Assembly: GCF_053903025.1 (NCBI RefSeq)
Contig: NZ_AP045049.1
Length of the DNA: 32,000 nucleotides
Reading direction: 5' to 3' (one strand)
Shown here: positions 30,501 to 32,000 of the stretch, one piece after another
Layout of the letters: each line of letters opens with the position of its first letter
Numbering within the stretch: position 1 is the stretch's first letter
Notes under the pieces: generated by a model
Told to the model about the DNA's origin: nothing
Databases searched by the model: none
The model's input: the letters and a program-made list of their open reading frames with translations, nothing else
Made by a program: the position numbers and the translations under genes

Positions 30501-32000
30501 GACTGCACTGACTCCCGCCGTCTGGCTGGTGATACTGATCTCCACCGTGCCGTCCGGCTCTGTAGTGACCGTCGGAGTGACCGTTGCACCGTTATCCGCC
30601 AACACGCTGACCGTCTGCCCATTCAGCGCATTCCCGAACGCATCGGTCACCCTCACCCGCAGCGTGTTCGCCATTGCACCGTCAGCCACCGAGTTATCCC
30701 GGGTGACCACCAGATCCGCGATCTGCGCCGTGCTGACATCCGCAATAAACGTCACGTTCCGGCTCTGGCTGCTGTTGTTGATGCTGGCGGTGACCGCACT
30801 GGTTCCGGCGGTCTGGCTGGTGACTGAGATCTCCACCGTGCCGTCCGGCTCTGTAATCACCGTCGGAGCGACCGTTGCGCCGTTGTCCGCCAACACGCTG
30901 ACCGTCTGGCCGGCAAGTACATTCCCGAACACATCGGTCACCCTCACCCGCAGCATGTTCGCCGTCGAACCATCAGCCACTGAGCCGTCCTGCGTCACCA
31001 CCAGCTCAGCGACCTGCGCCGTGCTAACATCAGCAATAAAGTTCACCGTTTTACTATCGCTGCTTTGATTGATCTTAGCCTCAACAGTGCTGGCATCCGC
31101 TACGGTACTGCTCAGATCAACCTCTGCCATGCCATGCGCATCCGTCCTGATATCTGCGCTCTGCCCTGCATTGGCAAATACAGCCGCCCCCTTCGTCACC
31201 GTAAAGGTGACGGTCTGCTCCGGCAGCACATTGCCAAACTGATCTTCCACCCGGACATTCACCGTATGTCGATCGCTGCCATTCGCCAGCACATCCGGGT
31301 TACCCGTTGTCACTTGCATCGCGACAATTTGTGCGCTGGCGGCATCGCCACTAATACTGTAATCATTTGAAGTCAGAGCGCTCGCCCAGCCGGACATCTG
31401 TAGCTGTGCTTTTAAACCGGTGCCAGGGAGTAAGGCGGTATACGTTGCGGTATAAATTCCTTTTTGATCTTCATTCCAGGCGATGCTTTCCGCTTTTGTA
31501 TTTGGCAGCTGGATAGCCTGGTTGATAGCGTCTCGTTGCCCCCCGACCAGGTTTTCATAGCTATCCTTGAGTGTTACCGTAACTTTTATCGCACCGCCTG
31601 CGGTGTAGGCCGTTTTGTCGGTAACGATGGAGGAATAAGCCAACACAGCTCCGCTTTCGCGTATGGCATACGCATCAGATTGCTGCGCGCTACTCCATGT
31701 CGATAGTTTCAGCGTGGCGTAATGGCGATCGCCAGCAATCTTCGCGGTTCGGGTGCTGGTGTAAACGCCATCAGACTCTTCGCTCCAGTTACCCGTTTCA
31801 TTTTTATCTGTACCGCTCACCTCGACCACACTGCTACCCGCCAGCAGCGAAGCCATCCCTTTCACCAGGTTTTTCTGCTCATCCATAAGGGTAACTGACA
31901 CTTTTATCTTGCCACCCGCGGTGTATGACACATCGTCTGTCTTGATGGTGGAGGTCAGCTGCGAGATATCGCCAGTAATAAAGCTCACTTCCACAGACTG
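24228..32000 (-). CDS. air: Giant Ig-like (Big_1/invasin-type) repeat adhesin, 5' end outside the window
   Basis: More than 2588 aa in one frame. The tracked start (GTG at 31994) is not the real start: the frame continues to the edge as ...QSVEVSFITGD, mid-domain. Tandem Ig-like repeats, a Cys-containing terminal domain, and location convergent with eilA match the described air/eaeX gene. Confidence 0.88.
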   Translation of the reverse strand, partial: QSVEVSFITGDISQLTSTIKTDDVSYTAGGKIKVSVTLMDEQKNLVKGMASLLAGSSVVEVSGTDKNETGNWSEESDGVYTSTRTAKIAGDRHYATLKLSTWSSAQQSDAYAIRESGAVLAYSSIVTDKTAYTAGGAIKVTVTLKDSYENLVGGQRDAINQAIQLPNTKAESIAWNEDQKGIYTATYTALLPGTGLKAQLQMSGWASALTSNDYSISGDAASAQIVAMQVTTGNPDVLANGSDRHTVNVRVEDQFGNVLPEQTVTFTVTKGAAVFANAGQSADIRTDAHGMAEVDLSSTVADASTVEAKINQSSDSKTVNFIADVSTAQVAELVVTQDGSVADGSTANMLRVRVTDVFGNVLAGQTVSVLADNGATVAPTVITEPDGTVEISVTSQTAGTSAVTASINNSSQSRNVTFIADVSTAQIADLVVTRDNSVADGAMANTLRVRVTDAFGNALNGQTVSVLADNGATVTPTVTTEPDGTVEISITSQTAGVSAVTATINSSTQSQNVTFIADVRTAKIADLVVIKDDSVADGAMANTLRARVTDAFGNTLGGQTVSVLADNGATVAPTVTTQPDGTVEISVTSQTAGTSTVTASINNSSLSQNVTFVADVRTAKIASLEVTRDNSVADGAMANTLRVKVTDAFGNALNGQTVSVMADNGATVAPTVITEPDGTVEISVTSQTAGVSAVTATINSSSQSQNVTFIADVSTAKIADLVVIKDGSEADGSTANTLRARVTDAFGNTLGGQTVSVLADNGATVAPTVTTQPDGTVEISVTSQTAGTSTVTASINNSSLSQNVTFVADVSTAKIADLVVIKDGSEADGSTANTLQVKVTDAFGNALAGQTVSVMAGNGATVAPTVITEPDGTVEISVTSQTAGTSTVTASINNSSQSRDVTFIADVRTAQIASLEVTQDNAVADGAMANTLRARVTDAFGNALAGQTVSVMAGNGATTAPTVTTQPDGTVEISVTSQTAGISTVTATINNSTLSQNVTFIADVRTAKIADLVVIKDGSEADGSTANTLRVKVTDAFGNTLAGQTVSVLGGNGATTAPTVITGPDGTVESSVTSQTAGISTVTATINNSSLSRNVTFIADVRTAQIASLEVTQDNAVADGAMANTLRVKVTDAFGNVLAGQMVSVTAGNSATVASTVTTHPDGTVEISVTSQTAGTSTVTASINSSSQSQSVKFIADVSTAQIAVLEVTQDNSVADGSTANTLLVRVTDAFGNTLAGQTVSVTAGNGATVAPTVITEPDGTVEISVTSQTAGISAVTASINSSSQSRNVTFIADVRTAQIADLAVIKDGSVADGSTANTLRARVTDAFGNALAGQTVSVLADNGATVSPTVITGPDGTVEISVTSQTAGISAVTVSINNSTLSQNVTFIADVRTAKIAELVVSQDNAVADGATANTLRVRVTDAFGNALAGQTVSVLAGNGATTAPTVTTQPDGTVEISVTSQMAGTSAVTASINSSSQSGDVTFIADASTAQIADLVVIKDGSEADGSTANTLRARVTDAFGNALAGQTVSVTADNGATLSPTVITGPDGTVEISVTSQTAGASTVTASINSSSQSRNVTFIADVRTAQIASLEVRQDNSVADGAMANTLRVKVTDAFGNALAGQTVSVMAGNGATVAPMVITEPDGTVEISVTSQTAGISTVTATINSSSQSRDVTFIADVRTAQIADLVVIKDGSEADGSTANTLRARVTDAFGNTLAGQTVSVLGGNGATTAPTVITGPDGTVEISVTSQTAGISVVTASINSSSQSRDVTFIADVRTAQIADLVVIKDGSVADGATANTLQVKVTDANGNALAGQTVSVMAGNGATTAPTVTTQPDGTVEISVTSQTAGTSVVTASINNSSQSQNVTFVPGDASQLTSTVETNKSNYTVGETITITVTLRDAFDNLVTGAASQLAANGVLTVAGTDPSETGSWVESGGVYTTTRMATIASTNQHANLQLQSWSDGVTSDRYDIQSGSPAQATSTIATDKNAYTAGETITVAVTLKDAHGNLVEGGESLLSGDNVIVEGAVRSGGWSENAGVYTATWSAQMAGDSHHATLKLSEWGSSKQSESYSIHSGAPVQANSAIRTDKSAYIAGEPLTVTVTLRDEFGNPAFGLTSEVIESYIDSFAVGGATPDSMQWVEQNNGEYTIVWTAWGAEENLVASLKLKTWAAEIKSSLYGIQPGAAAKTQSTIVADKTIYIAGDSITVTVVLKDAQGNFITDGVVQLNEENVQVRNADPIQGNNWVYNGNGQYQRQYMAHFAEANLNAQLKMAGWSDANYSNNYTIKPGEVSPLGSQLRIREVLVVEGADLPVSALLVDDFGNPVDNGLDLLDDAVYLQNVEKKEGEKWRYVGDGIYERTYMAYQEGENLTSFMEIKGWRIYGQPSYNILPFVEVESLSVNGVKFRATDGFPETGFDGAKFTLLLTHNMKNTDYNWTAGIYGINVDSNGEVTLSVLIRSEVTITGKPKNGKGNDVVFKFKIKKWFTSLGASSSNTWDIINTSCSYGQMPSSLELAQRPSGGVVPRKVGTLWGEYGNLKTYGNAFSSTDYWTSTQLMGVHEKFNPETGISELGTGKSSGLCVEYY
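26355..31010 (-). repeat. 16 tandem coding repeats, unit 291 bp (97 aa), Ig-like domains of the adhesin
   Basis: The marker (g/a)(a/g)catc(g/a)gc (codons for ADV/ADA) read at 26661, 26952, 27534, 28407, 29571, 30153 and 31026; all spacings are exact multiples of 291. Protein units all follow A(D/S/E/V)LxVxxDxxxADGxxANxLxxxVTDAFGNxLxGQxVSVxxxNxATxxxxVxTxPDGTVExSxTSQxAGxSxVTxxIN(S/N)S. Confidence 0.95.

Noticed and set aside
26355-31010. The 291 bp repeat considered as a CRISPR or non-coding satellite
   Set aside because: Units are contiguous, in frame, without spacers, and encode Ig-like domains; it is a coding repeat.
26488-31068. Chain of long + strand ORFs (26488-26985, 26995-27567, 27580-28488, 28492-29016, 29023-29652, 29656-29889, 29905-30234, 30238-30471, 30487-31068) with a common motif MVTVGAVVAPLPAITLTVCPASALPNASVTFTRSVFAVAPSATEPSL
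   Set aside because: These are the antisense reading of the 291 bp array. The period is a multiple of three, so any stop-free antisense frame recurs in every unit. They have no independent start/SD logic and are broken by occasional stops; shadow ORFs.
31065-31888. + strand ORFs 31065-31370, 31464-31706, 31697-31888
   Set aside because: Antisense to the adhesin coding frame, no recognisable domains.
24228-31994. Treating the tracked GTG at 31994 as the true start of the adhesin
   Set aside because: The frame is open to the window edge (QSV before EVSF), the sequence is mid-domain, and no signal peptide or beta-barrel precedes it; the gene is truncated by the window.

Overview
The window reads as an E. 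coli-type chromosomal segment. Gene assignments are from recognised protein sequence and gene order; no database search was run. Order: 3' end of spoT, trmH, recG, gltS(-), xanP, yicH, yicI(-), yicJ(-), selC tRNA-Sec, setC, yicL, nlpA(-), yicS. From about 16.9 kb there is an AT-rich accessory island. It carries a SicA/LcrH-like type III chaperone, three SipB/SipC/SipD(IpaD)-like translocon genes, a HilA-like regulator, and on the minus strand a giant Ig-like repeat adhesin that runs off the right edge. This layout matches the described eicA-eipBCD-eilA-air locus of enteroaggregative E. coli 042 and relatives, so the system is not new. No secretion apparatus genes are present in the window. The most striking structure is inside the adhesin: 16 tandem units of exactly 291 bp (97 aa) with no detectable length change at the boundaries checked, containing a higher-order 2-unit (582 bp) duplication. 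The array is flanked on both sides by a second Ig-like module type and ends in a small Cys-containing terminal domain. Other points: a RhuM-like gene remnant just downstream of an intact selC, an unusual 246 bp spacer with micro-ORFs between eicA and eipB, and a PurR-like palindrome upstream of xanP.
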